A DNA stretch of 64,000 bases. It comes from a virus. The DNA lies in the IMG/VR virus record IMGVR_UViG_3300035438_001811, positions 5,633 to 69,632 of that record; one strand, given 5' to 3'. The position numbers were made by a program, and so were the translations under genes. Below are positions 19,650 to 28,536 of the stretch, in pieces. How positions within the stretch are numbered: the first letter of the stretch is position 1; every line of letters begins with the position of its first letter. Below the pieces are notes generated by a model. The model worked only from the letters and a program-made list of their open reading frames with translations, was not told where the DNA came from and did not search any database.

Positions 19650-20398
19650 ATGCTAATTTTTGAGATTGAGCAAAAGCCTACCTTTAAATCTAAAACCGTT
19701 TTTGGTGTTGAAATCCCATTGCTAGGGGAACTAACTGTTAATGAAACGATCGCAGTCGATAAGGCGATCGCTACCGACCTTAGCTCAACCAGTGCCAATA
19801 CTGAATGGAAAATCGTTCAGGTATCTGCATGGTTATCAGTGCGATTATCTGTAAGCCGTGAAGAAATTACAGCGCAACTCAAAAAATCAATGCCTTTGAT
19901 CGAGGCGCTATGGTTAACTTTTGTCTCAGAACGTGAGGGCATTACAGAAAGCTATGAACTCGATGAACCAGTGACGGAGGGAAAGGAAGACGATCCAACC
20001 GTACCGTTAAAGACATCGAAGAAGAGTGGAATCAAATCTACCTCAAACTCACATCAAGTTGCTTTGCTCCAAAATTCAGAGATGGATTTGGACAGCAACG
20101 AATAAGCGTAATCAGATCGCATCTTGCTTATATCAATGAGCAAGAGTTACAGCGATCGGCTGAGCTAGAGGTTATTGCGGCGCGAAATACGTTGGCTACT
20201 GGTGATTTTAAAGACCGTGAGAAAGCTTTCCGATCTTTGACACCATCATTGCAGGCATTGCGGAGAATGCAAGCCAAAAAGCAGATGAGCGTTAGGTTTG
20301 CTAAGAAATTTGCGAAGCTATTTAAGGAAGGCAAAATACCGAATTGGGTAGTTGAAATTTGCGATTACGAGACGATTGAATTATTAGCGGGTGATTGA
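19650..20398 (+). CDS. Tail assembly chaperone gpG (19650-20105) and -1 frameshift product gpGT (to 20398)
   Basis: Lambda-type slippery site G GGA AAG at 19979-19985; the -1 frame is open from there through ORF 20192-20398. Confidence 0.85.
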
Positions 20399-20399
20399 T

Positions 20400-23300
20400 A
20401 TGGCTGATGAGAATTATGCAATTAGAGTTAGTTTTGATGGCATCGACAAGGCGATCGGTGACATCAAATTACTGCAATCTGCGATCGGCAATATCAAATT
20501 ACCTGCACTTAATATCGATTTAAGTAAATTTACTGGCATTGAAAAAACTCAGATTGCATCCGTCGCAAGAGTAGAAGCTGCTCAAATTGCGTCACAAGCT
20601 AAAGTTGACGCAGCTAGATTAACAGGAGCTTCAAAAGTCTCAGCGTTAGAAGTTGGCGCGATCGCTAAATTAGAGTCGGCTCAAATAGCAGCTAACGCTA
20701 AAGTTTTAGCTGCTAAAGATGGCAATGCTACCAAAGTCGTTAACGCTGAAATAGCAGCGCAATCTAGATTAGAAGCTGCGAGAATAGCATCTGCTACAAA
20801 AATCAGTAATGCAGAAATATCAACGATCGCCAAATTAGAAGCCGCTAGGATTGCATCTGCCACTAAGGTTAGTGCTGTAGAAGCCTCAACAATTGCAAAG
20901 CTAGAAGCGGCTCAAATAGCTTCCAATGCCAAGATTGAAGCATTGCGATTAAATTTGTCAGCAAAAGCGATCGCTAATGAAGTGGCAGCAGTTACTAAGA
21001 TTGAATCAATAAAGATTGCTAGCGATGCAAAATTAGCTGCAAATAAAGACTCTAATGCTGTTAAATTGCGTACTGCGGAACTAAGTAATGAAAGTAAAAT
21101 CGAAGCTGCTAAACTTGCCACAACTGCCAAAATAACGGCTGCTGACAGTGCGGCAATCGCAAAATTAGAAGCGGCGGAATTAGCTTCTAATGCCAAGATT
21201 GAAGCTGCTAAAATTGCATCTGCTACTAAACTGGAAATAGCAGAAAAAGCAAGATTAGATAGGCAAAGAAAAGAGTCAGAAGCGCTAGCAAGAACAGAGT
21301 CAGCAAGAGCAGCTAAAGCGATCTCTGACGCTGAAAAATCATCAACAAAACCACAATCAAAAAGCAATTCTGATGCAGTAATTGCTCAACTAGAAAAACA
21401 AAAAGCTGCTAGCACTGTACGAGTATCTGATGGCGCTGACAAAGAATCCGCCCGAATTGCACAAGAAACACTTAGATATAAGCAGCAAATTGCCGCGATT
21501 GACGCAAAGATTTTCAACCCTGCGGATATTGCTAACGCTAAAGCTCTAGCGAGTGAAATTAATAAACTCAATCTTGACAAAATCAAGAAAGGATTTGACG
21601 ATGCGAGTCCTGTAACTTTTAATCAGTTCATTGGCGCTACTACTGAGAAAGCGCGAGATTTAGCTGAGCAACTACAAAATACATCACAGACATTAGAACG
21701 GATTGGAACTACTTTTAACCAAGTTTCTAGCGCTGCGAATCAGGCATTTTTAGGCTTTGATACTGCCAAAACTAAAGTAGCGACATTATCTACTCAATCC
21801 AACGCTTTTGCTAATACAGCTATCAAGCTATCAAAGGATTTAAACAATCAAGTAACCAGCACCGAAATATTAACAGCACAATATGAAATTCTATCTAGTG
21901 GATTTATTAATGCTGCTGATGCATCAGAGATTGCCAGAGTATCGGTATTAGGTGCTAAAGCTGGTTTTACTGACACAGCTACGGTAGCTGATGCAACTAC
22001 CTCAATTTTGAATGCCTATGGTTTAGCTGCTAGCGATGCTGCTAATGTGGTAGACCAATTAGCAGTTGTGCAGGATAAAGGTAAAACAACGATCGGGCTA
22101 TTTGCTGGTCAGCTTGGTAAAGTTGCGCCAATTGCTGCAAGTGCGGGCGTAACACTAAACGAGTTAAACGCTGCCATAGCAAGCGTTACGATTAAAGGCG
22201 TTAAAACCGAGACTGCGGTTAGTGGTATTAGACAGGCGATTGTCAACTTGGTCAAGCCCACGCAATCCGCACAAAAAGTGTTGGAGGCTATTGGGATCAC
22301 TAACGCTGCTACAACGCTTAAAACTGAAGGATTAACAGGTGTACTCAATCGATTAAAAGCGGCTGGCTTAAACACCAGTAGTCAGCTATCTAAAATCTTT
22401 ACAGATATTGATGGTTTAACTGCTGTTGTCCCTTTACTTAACGACGACCTTAAGAACTTTAATGCAAATCTAGTAGCTGTTGGCAATGCATCAGGAAAAG
22501 CACAGCAAGGCTTTGATATTGTCGCTAAATCTGCTGAAGGTCAAATTACAGCAGCAATCAACAAAATCAATGAAGCTTTAGTCAATTTAGGGCGCGGCGC
22601 ACAGGTAGCTTTTGCGCCATTAGTAGCGGCTGTAGGCGCGGCTGTTGACGTATTCAACCAATTACCCGCACCATTGCAAACAGTTATAGGCGGCGTTATT
22701 GGATTAGTTGGAGGTGTCGCCACATTGGGCGCGGCTCTCACTGCGATCGGCGCGGCTGCCCCTGCTTTTATTGGTGGACTAAAATTATTTGGCATTCAGG
22801 CGGCGGCTTCTACCGTGGCGACTACAGGGCTAGCCACTGCTAACACCGTAACCGCCACATCGTTTGTAGGCTTAGGAGTAGCAACCAAAGCGGCGGCGGC
22901 TGGGTTTGTGACGTTCGCAACTACAGCTACTACCACAGTGACAGGCGCTTTGGTATCTGTTGGAGCATTGTTAGCTAAAGGCACGATTCTGGCTGGTACT
23001 TTTGCTGTGGTTGCTGTTAAAGCTATTGCGTCTATAGTTGTGGCTATGGCTCCATTAGTGGCAACTTTAGGGGTTGTCTATTTAGCCTTTGAATCTGTCC
23101 GAAATACAGCTAACTTATTTGGCGAAATTAACAGCAATAAAGCTGAGGATGCATTCGACAAAATTCTAAACAAAAGTACGGCTGTAGATGCGAAATTAAA
23201 ACAAGCGACTGCTACTTCACAATCGTTTACCGATAAGCTAGCAGGTGGATTTGATAAGGTAGAGAATCCAATACAAGGGGCGGCGCTTGCAATCACCAAT

Positions 23301-25316
23301 TTAAGCAATGCTTTAATCGGTGCTGAGTCAGGGGCTTCTAAATTTGGTTCGCAATTTGGCTTTATTACTCAACAACAATTAGAGGCGCAAAAGACTGCGA
23401 TCGCTTATAGTAACGCGATTACAACACTTAGCTCTGGTTTTCAGCCAGCCGTCAATCTTATCGGTAAATATGGCACTGGCATTGACTTTGAACGTCGCGC
23501 AACTCAGTTGTCAATTAAAGAAAACAAGGAATACCAAAAACAACTAGCTGCTACCAGCGAACGATTAAAGCAAGAAGTATCCGATCTAGAGGCTATCGGT
23601 AAGCAGAAAGGAGTAGACCAAGCTGCTAACAAATTAGAGATTGATTCTCGGAAAACATTGATCGCCCAATCGGATCAAAAAATTGCTGTACTCAAAAAGG
23701 AAGAGGAAGCGGTTAAGGCTGTATCTGATGCTGAAAGGGATAGAGCTAAACAGCTACGAGAAAACCAAAACCAAGACGCAGAAAAATCAATCAAGCGCTC
23801 CTTTGACGATGGCAAAACCAAGCGCGATCGCGAAAATGCTGATGCTATCAAGGCTATCGAAGAGAAAAACGCACTCGCAAAAGGTGAGCTAGATCGCAGA
23901 CAAGCGCTAGAAACTGAAGCGCTGAAGGAAAAGCAAACCCTAGCTCTACAAGACAAGCAAAGGGCATTTGATGATACTCAGAACGCCAAAAAGCTACAAC
24001 TTGAAGATGCTCTTGATGCTAAGAAGCGGGCGAATGAGGAGAAACTCAACGCACTCAAACAGGCATTTGACGATAAGCAAAACGCGCTTAAAGAACAGAG
24101 AGCAGAGAAACAACGTAAGGACGATGAGGCATTTGCAGCGCAACGCGCTCAACGTGACAAACAAGCAAGTGAGGCTCTATCAGGTGCTAAGCAGCTAATC
24201 AGTAATGAGGGTGCGATCGCCACTGCTAAACCAGAAGATCGCGCCAAGATTGCGGCGCAAATCGAAGAAGAAGAACGCATTAGAGCACAAGCTGCTACTC
24301 AAGGCGTAGCTGGTGGTACTGAATCCCAAGAACAATTAGTAGCTAAGGCTAAGCAAATCGCCCAAATATCTGCGATTGCCAACGGTGAGGAACAGAAAAA
24401 AGTAGAGTTTGCTATTGCTGAACTTGATAAAGCGAACAAAGCTAAGCAAGCTGAAATTGATAAGGCTGAAGTTGCAAAGCGCACTGAAGAAAAACAAGCT
24501 AGTGACAAAGTTTTTGAAGCTGAACAAAATGCTGCTAAGCTTGCCTTTGATGCTGAGCAAAACACTGCCAAGCTTAACTTTGAAAACACTGTTCTCAAAC
24601 CTGAAAAGCAAAAGATCGAAGCTGAATTACAAGCGAGTAAATTAGCCTTTGAGCGTGGCGAACTTGCAGCGCTGAAAACACAACAAGCAGCCGATGAGAG
24701 GGCTTTAAAACTTCAGCAAACTAACGAGGACTTAGCAGCTAAGAAAGCTGCTGATGCTGAGTTAGAGACGATTAAGCTCGCTCAAAAAGAGAAAGAACTA
24801 GCACTTGATCGCGCCTTTGAGGATCAGAAAATTGAACGTGAGAGAGCATTTAAGGAATCTCAGAGAGCCTTAGATAAAGCATCTGCCATAGAGATTCAAC
24901 AAATCCTTGGTAAGTCTGCACAGCAAATTATCAGCGCTCTCACGTTAGCTAAAGGTGATTCTAAGTTTGGGGCTGTAGCTGGTATTGGCACTAGTCCTAA
25001 AGGAGATGCTAAAGCTCTAAATAATCAGGATGAAGTAAATAGGGCGGCGTTAGGAGCTAGCACTTTACCTAAGTTTGCGCGTGGCGTTACAAACTTTGTC
25101 GGGGGTGCGGCATTGGTTGGGGAAAAAGGTGCTGAGCTGGTGACATTGCCTAGAGGCTCTAACGTGCTACCAGCAAACCAAACCAAGAACGTGCTTAATA
25201 ATTCGGGCGGCAATAAAACCTATAACGTAAATGTAACCACTGGCAGTGGTAATGCTACAGAGATCGCTTTACAGATACAGAGAGAGATGGCACGATCGGC
25301 GGCGCTGAGTATGTAG
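20400..25316 (+). CDS. Tail tape measure protein (TP901-like core)
   Basis: ~1640 aa, Ala-rich; GKTTI..FA..LG.VAPIAA..GV...EL.AAI core; C-terminal FA.G.....G.ALVGE.G.ELV..P.G. Confidence 0.95.
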   Translation: MADENYAIRVSFDGIDKAIGDIKLLQSAIGNIKLPALNIDLSKFTGIEKTQIASVARVEAAQIASQAKVDAARLTGASKVSALEVGAIAKLESAQIAANAKVLAAKDGNATKVVNAEIAAQSRLEAARIASATKISNAEISTIAKLEAARIASATKVSAVEASTIAKLEAAQIASNAKIEALRLNLSAKAIANEVAAVTKIESIKIASDAKLAANKDSNAVKLRTAELSNESKIEAAKLATTAKITAADSAAIAKLEAAELASNAKIEAAKIASATKLEIAEKARLDRQRKESEALARTESARAAKAISDAEKSSTKPQSKSNSDAVIAQLEKQKAASTVRVSDGADKESARIAQETLRYKQQIAAIDAKIFNPADIANAKALASEINKLNLDKIKKGFDDASPVTFNQFIGATTEKARDLAEQLQNTSQTLERIGTTFNQVSSAANQAFLGFDTAKTKVATLSTQSNAFANTAIKLSKDLNNQVTSTEILTAQYEILSSGFINAADASEIARVSVLGAKAGFTDTATVADATTSILNAYGLAASDAANVVDQLAVVQDKGKTTIGLFAGQLGKVAPIAASAGVTLNELNAAIASVTIKGVKTETAVSGIRQAIVNLVKPTQSAQKVLEAIGITNAATTLKTEGLTGVLNRLKAAGLNTSSQLSKIFTDIDGLTAVVPLLNDDLKNFNANLVAVGNASGKAQQGFDIVAKSAEGQITAAINKINEALVNLGRGAQVAFAPLVAAVGAAVDVFNQLPAPLQTVIGGVIGLVGGVATLGAALTAIGAAAPAFIGGLKLFGIQAAASTVATTGLATANTVTATSFVGLGVATKAAAAGFVTFATTATTTVTGALVSVGALLAKGTILAGTFAVVAVKAIASIVVAMAPLVATLGVVYLAFESVRNTANLFGEINSNKAEDAFDKILNKSTAVDAKLKQATATSQSFTDKLAGGFDKVENPIQGAALAITNLSNALIGAESGASKFGSQFGFITQQQLEAQKTAIAYSNAITTLSSGFQPAVNLIGKYGTGIDFERRATQLSIKENKEYQKQLAATSERLKQEVSDLEAIGKQKGVDQAANKLEIDSRKTLIAQSDQKIAVLKKEEEAVKAVSDAERDRAKQLRENQNQDAEKSIKRSFDDGKTKRDRENADAIKAIEEKNALAKGELDRRQALETEALKEKQTLALQDKQRAFDDTQNAKKLQLEDALDAKKRANEEKLNALKQAFDDKQNALKEQRAEKQRKDDEAFAAQRAQRDKQASEALSGAKQLISNEGAIATAKPEDRAKIAAQIEEEERIRAQAATQGVAGGTESQEQLVAKAKQIAQISAIANGEEQKKVEFAIAELDKANKAKQAEIDKAEVAKRTEEKQASDKVFEAEQNAAKLAFDAEQNTAKLNFENTVLKPEKQKIEAELQASKLAFERGELAALKTQQAADERALKLQQTNEDLAAKKAADAELETIKLAQKEKELALDRAFEDQKIERERAFKESQRALDKASAIEIQQILGKSAQQIISALTLAKGDSKFGAVAGIGTSPKGDAKALNNQDEVNRAALGASTLPKFARGVTNFVGGAALVGEKGAELVTLPRGSNVLPANQTKNVLNNSGGNKTYNVNVTTGSGNATEIALQIQREMARSAALSM

Positions 25317-25345
25317 AATAACTAAAAGTTTGGATTAAGCGATCG

Positions 25346-25555
25346 TTATTCATTCTCTACCCAAACAATAATTTTAGATGGCTGAATCTTGTAGGCATCG
25401 CAGATTTTAGCGATTGAGCCTGTAGATGGTATATGCCAAGGGTTACGCGCTAACTCATAGCCAGTTGTACCGCTTATCCCCGTTTCTTTGACGAACTGAT
25501 AAGCGGTTATTTTTCTTTCTTCCAGAAATTCTTTAACTATATTTCTTAAAGCCAT
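25346..25555 (-). CDS. Cro/C1-type HTH regulator divergent from the type V effector
   Basis: ITAYQFVKETGISGTTGYEL...PS...IAKICDAY.IQP. Confidence 0.85.
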   Translation of the reverse strand: MALRNIVKEFLEERKITAYQFVKETGISGTTGYELARNPWHIPSTGSIAKICDAYKIQPSKIIVWVENE

Positions 25556-25583
25556 ATCACAATTAAAAGCTTGTATTAAAAGC

Positions 25584-25613
25584 TTGTCAATAGTATCAAT
25601 ACTATGATACTAT
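25584..25613 (+). promoter_or_regulatory. Effector promoter TTGTCA-N18-TACTAT with palindromic operator ATAGTAT-CA-ATACTAT
   Basis: Palindrome at 25590-25605 sits between -35 and -10; ATG is 6 nt after the -10 box, suggesting a leaderless mRNA. Confidence 0.7.
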
Positions 25614-25619
25614 CAGTAT

Positions 25620-27296
25620 ATGACTAGCAATGAAGCCACTACTAAAAAGATAGCTGAATTTAAGTTGTCTCCCACGATTGAGCAAAGCGCACAAATTGAT
25701 ATGTGGCTTACTCAACTTAAATGGGTATGGAATGTTGGTTTAAGTCTGCTTGAGGAAGATCAGCAACGTTATTGGAGGGCAAAACAAGAATGGGCAGAGT
25801 ATAGTCCTGAAGTATGGCAATGGCGAAAATCATGCAAAATCGACGGGATTGAGTATGTAAATCCTGATAATCAATACGGGCTTTGCTGTGCTTACTATCC
25901 TGATAAATGCGACATCCGCAAACATCGGGATATTGAAGAGCCATTTAAGCACGTTAAAAATTATCGCTTTATCGCTAATATGCGATGTCCTGATTTTTTG
26001 CACCCTATCGATAGCGAATCACGGCGATCTGTTGTGGATAACCTAATTGATGCATGGACTCAGTACCGCAAGGGGAAAAAAGGCAGACCACGTTACAAAA
26101 AGAAAGCTGATAAATTAGAAAGCTTTTCTAACGGCAATGGTCGGATATACGTTAATATTTCGCCCTTGGGTAATGACAATGCATTAATTGACTATCCAAA
26201 GCTAGGGTCAATCAAATGCAAGGGATTCTACCGTCGCTATGCTGGTAATCATACAATTGTACGCATCGTCAAAAAGGCTGACGGCTATTATGTGCAATTC
26301 ACTAGCACGGTAGACGTAAAGCCCGTTAAACCAGCAAAAAAGCAAGAAGTAGGCTTAGATTTTGGTGTAGTCGCTCCTATTGCTGATAGTGATGGAAGAT
26401 TGCATAAATCAAAACGCTATGCCAAATTGCAAGCTAAGAAATTAGCTCGTATTCAGCGCTCTATCTCACGCTCAAAAGATGGCTCTAACCGTCTAAAAGC
26501 TAAACGCTCTAAACTAGCTAAAGTGCATCTTAAAATCGCTAGGCAACGCGATCGCTTTATTCATAAGCTCACATCCAAGTATGTGAGTGAATATCAAAGC
26601 ATTGCCATTGAGGATACCAAGGTTAAAAATATGGTACGCGCACCAAAGGCGAAAGCTGGTGAAAATGGCGCGTTTCTACCTAATGGCGCGGCTGCAAAAG
26701 CTGGCTTAAATAAAGCGCTTCTTGATGTGGCGATCGGCAAAACAAAAACGATGCTAGAGACTAAATCTAAAGCATCAGAAAGAATATTTGTGAAAGTACC
26801 CGCACCGCACACTTCTCAAGGTTGCTCTCAGTGTGGCTACTATTCCGAAGAGTTTCGACCATCTCAAGCTGTTTTTAAATGCTTGAATTGTGGTCATGGT
26901 GACAACGCAGATAGCAACGCCTCAACCGTTATCCGTAATGTTGCTTTTAAAGGCTTGGTTTTGAAACCATACCCCGCTTCATCGGGGGAATTTAAGGGCG
27001 TGGATCATGCAACGCATGGGAAGAAGCGCCAACCGAGTAAGACTCGCAAGAGTAAGAAAGGATCGGTAGGAGAAACATCTACCGCAATCAACCGCGAAAG
27101 CGGGGCTGTAAATAGTCTAACCACTCGCGCAAACCCTGAAAACCAATCACCACAAGACTTTGAGCTATGGCAAGATTTAAAATCACTATCTAAAGCCAAC
27201 TCTAAATTGCAATCTCGTAAGCGATCCGCGCAAATCGATCCTAATATTGGCGCTCAGCTTGGTTTTTGGGATCTGTCTGGTGAAGCTTCTGGTTAA
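25620..27296 (+). CDS. tnpB: CRISPR-associated TnpB-like RuvC nuclease (type V-U / Cas12f-like effector)
   Basis: RuvC-I VGLDFG, RuvC-II IAIEDT, Zn ribbon CSQC..CLNC, RuvC-III NADSNA; directly adjacent CRISPR array; no tnpA. Confidence 0.9.
   Translation: MTSNEATTKKIAEFKLSPTIEQSAQIDMWLTQLKWVWNVGLSLLEEDQQRYWRAKQEWAEYSPEVWQWRKSCKIDGIEYVNPDNQYGLCCAYYPDKCDIRKHRDIEEPFKHVKNYRFIANMRCPDFLHPIDSESRRSVVDNLIDAWTQYRKGKKGRPRYKKKADKLESFSNGNGRIYVNISPLGNDNALIDYPKLGSIKCKGFYRRYAGNHTIVRIVKKADGYYVQFTSTVDVKPVKPAKKQEVGLDFGVVAPIADSDGRLHKSKRYAKLQAKKLARIQRSISRSKDGSNRLKAKRSKLAKVHLKIARQRDRFIHKLTSKYVSEYQSIAIEDTKVKNMVRAPKAKAGENGAFLPNGAAAKAGLNKALLDVAIGKTKTMLETKSKASERIFVKVPAPHTSQGCSQCGYYSEEFRPSQAVFKCLNCGHGDNADSNASTVIRNVAFKGLVLKPYPASSGEFKGVDHATHGKKRQPSKTRKSKKGSVGETSTAINRESGAVNSLTTRANPENQSPQDFELWQDLKSLSKANSKLQSRKRSAQIDPNIGAQLGFWDLSGEASG
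26968..27094 (+). ncRNA. Putative omegaRNA-derived tracrRNA overlapping the effector ORF (boundaries approximate)
   Basis: IS200/605-like omegaRNA motif GGAATTTAAGGGCGTGGA..GAAGCGCC; hairpins CATGC/GCATG and CGGTAG/CTACCG; anti-repeat CAATCAACCG at 27085-27094. Confidence 0.55.
27095..27278 (+). promoter_or_regulatory. Cyanobacterial-type CRISPR leader within the ORF tail
   Basis: AGCGGGG followed by two spaced CGCGCAAA motifs (CTCGCGCAAACCCTGAAAACC; GATCCGCGCAAATCGATCC) before repeat 1. Confidence 0.55.
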
Positions 27297-27750
27297 GCGA
27301 TCGGCTGATTGGAAGCGCAAAGCGCCCGCAAAGCTTTTTAAATGGCTAACCAGTGGGTGAAGCTTCTGGTTAAGCGATCGGCTGATTGGAAGGGATATCA
27401 GAGTCAGAGAGAGAGGCATTAGTCCAAGGTGAAGCTTCTGGTTAAGCGATCGGCTGATTGGAAGTTTGATGGTATCCCGATCCCTGATGTGAATAGCAGG
27501 TGAAGCTTCTGGTTAAGCGATCGGCTGATTGGAAGAGACCGACATCGACAATATACTATTGAGAGAATTAGGTGAAGCTTCTGGTTAAGCGATCGGCTGA
27601 TTGGAAGGCAGAAAGCATCATAGAGCCATTGCCAATCATTGAGGTGAAGCTTCTGGTTAAGCGATCGGCTGATTGGAAGTGAATATTCATAAAATCCATT
27701 GGAGCTTTTAGACGGTGAAACTAGTGGTTAAGCGATCGGCTGATTGGAAG
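27279..27750 (+). CRISPR. CRISPR array: 7 repeats of 37 bp (GGTGAAGCTTCTGGTTAAGCGATCGGCTGATTGGAAG) and 6 spacers of 34-40 bp
   Basis: Repeats start at 27279, 27356, 27428, 27499, 27571, 27643 and 27714; the last is degenerate (GGTGAAACTAGTGG...). Confidence 0.98.
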
Positions 27751-27836
27751 ACCAAATGCGGCGCAAAGACAAGATGATTGATGCATTGCTAGAGGCGATC
27801 GCAAAGATGAAGTGATATCTAAACGATTGATTAAAC

Positions 27837-27886
27837 GCAACAAAAAGACCATTTTCCTGTCATCGGGAAAATGGTCTTTTTGTTGC
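27837..27886. terminator. Long inverted-repeat terminator downstream of the array
   Basis: GCAACAAAAAGACCATTTTCC / GGAAAATGGTCTTTTTGTTGC. Confidence 0.9.
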
Positions 27887-28085
27887 AAGGGGTGACTCAC
27901 CGCTAAGGAATAGGGTTTAACCTTGCATGGCTATTTTAGCTTAATCCCCATTCAACCGATGTTCCAACTCAGGATAATATTCCCGAATCAAGCGCTTGGT
28001 TAATGCGCTCGTATCGATGGGGAACGGGTTGTGTACTTTGGGCTTTGGGCTTGCCCTTGGTAGCACCTTGGTGATATCGAATTGC

Positions 28086-28532
28086 TCATTTTCCATATGC
28101 TCTTCTCAATTCAGGCAACAAATTGATCGCAGTTTCGTAAGCCATTTGCACCTCACGAAATTTGTTAGGATCGCCGCCCGTATCAGGGTGATGTAATTTC
28201 GCCTGTTTGCGGTAAGCAGATTTAATTTCCCTCTCACTATTTGGGAACTTATCCAAGCCCAAAACAGCAAGAACAGAATCAATCCCTTTATCCCAGAAAG
28301 TCTCAACGCTACCCGTCATATTTTCAACTGGCAACGCCTCGACGAATTGCCAAATTGTGAATGTTGCACCATGCAAACCGTAGCCTCTGATTTTCCAAGC
28401 TCGGTAAGTCACATAGAACTTTGTACCACCCTCAGACGGGCATACGTTATCAATATCCATAGGCGAAACATCGAGCATTTTAGCGGCGCGGCGGCGCAAT
28501 TCGTCGAATGAGAATTTGATTTTGATAGACAT
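28086..28532 (-). CDS. J-domain (DnaJ-like) protein
   Basis: VLGL......EIKSAYRKQAKLHHPDTGGDPNKFREVQMAYE. Confidence 0.9.
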   Translation of the reverse strand: MSIKIKFSFDELRRRAAKMLDVSPMDIDNVCPSEGGTKFYVTYRAWKIRGYGLHGATFTIWQFVEALPVENMTGSVETFWDKGIDSVLAVLGLDKFPNSEREIKSAYRKQAKLHHPDTGGDPNKFREVQMAYETAINLLPELRRAYGK

Positions 28533-28536
28533 TGGT

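Noticed and set aside
20681-25213. Many antisense and alternative-frame ORFs in the track
   Set aside because: Shadows of the Ala-rich tape measure gene.
25620-27296. Ordinary IS200/IS605 transposon
   Set aside because: No tnpA or recognisable IS ends; the 3' end is occupied by leader and array.
27186-27419. 77-aa - strand ORF
   Set aside because: Overlaps CRISPR repeats; spurious.
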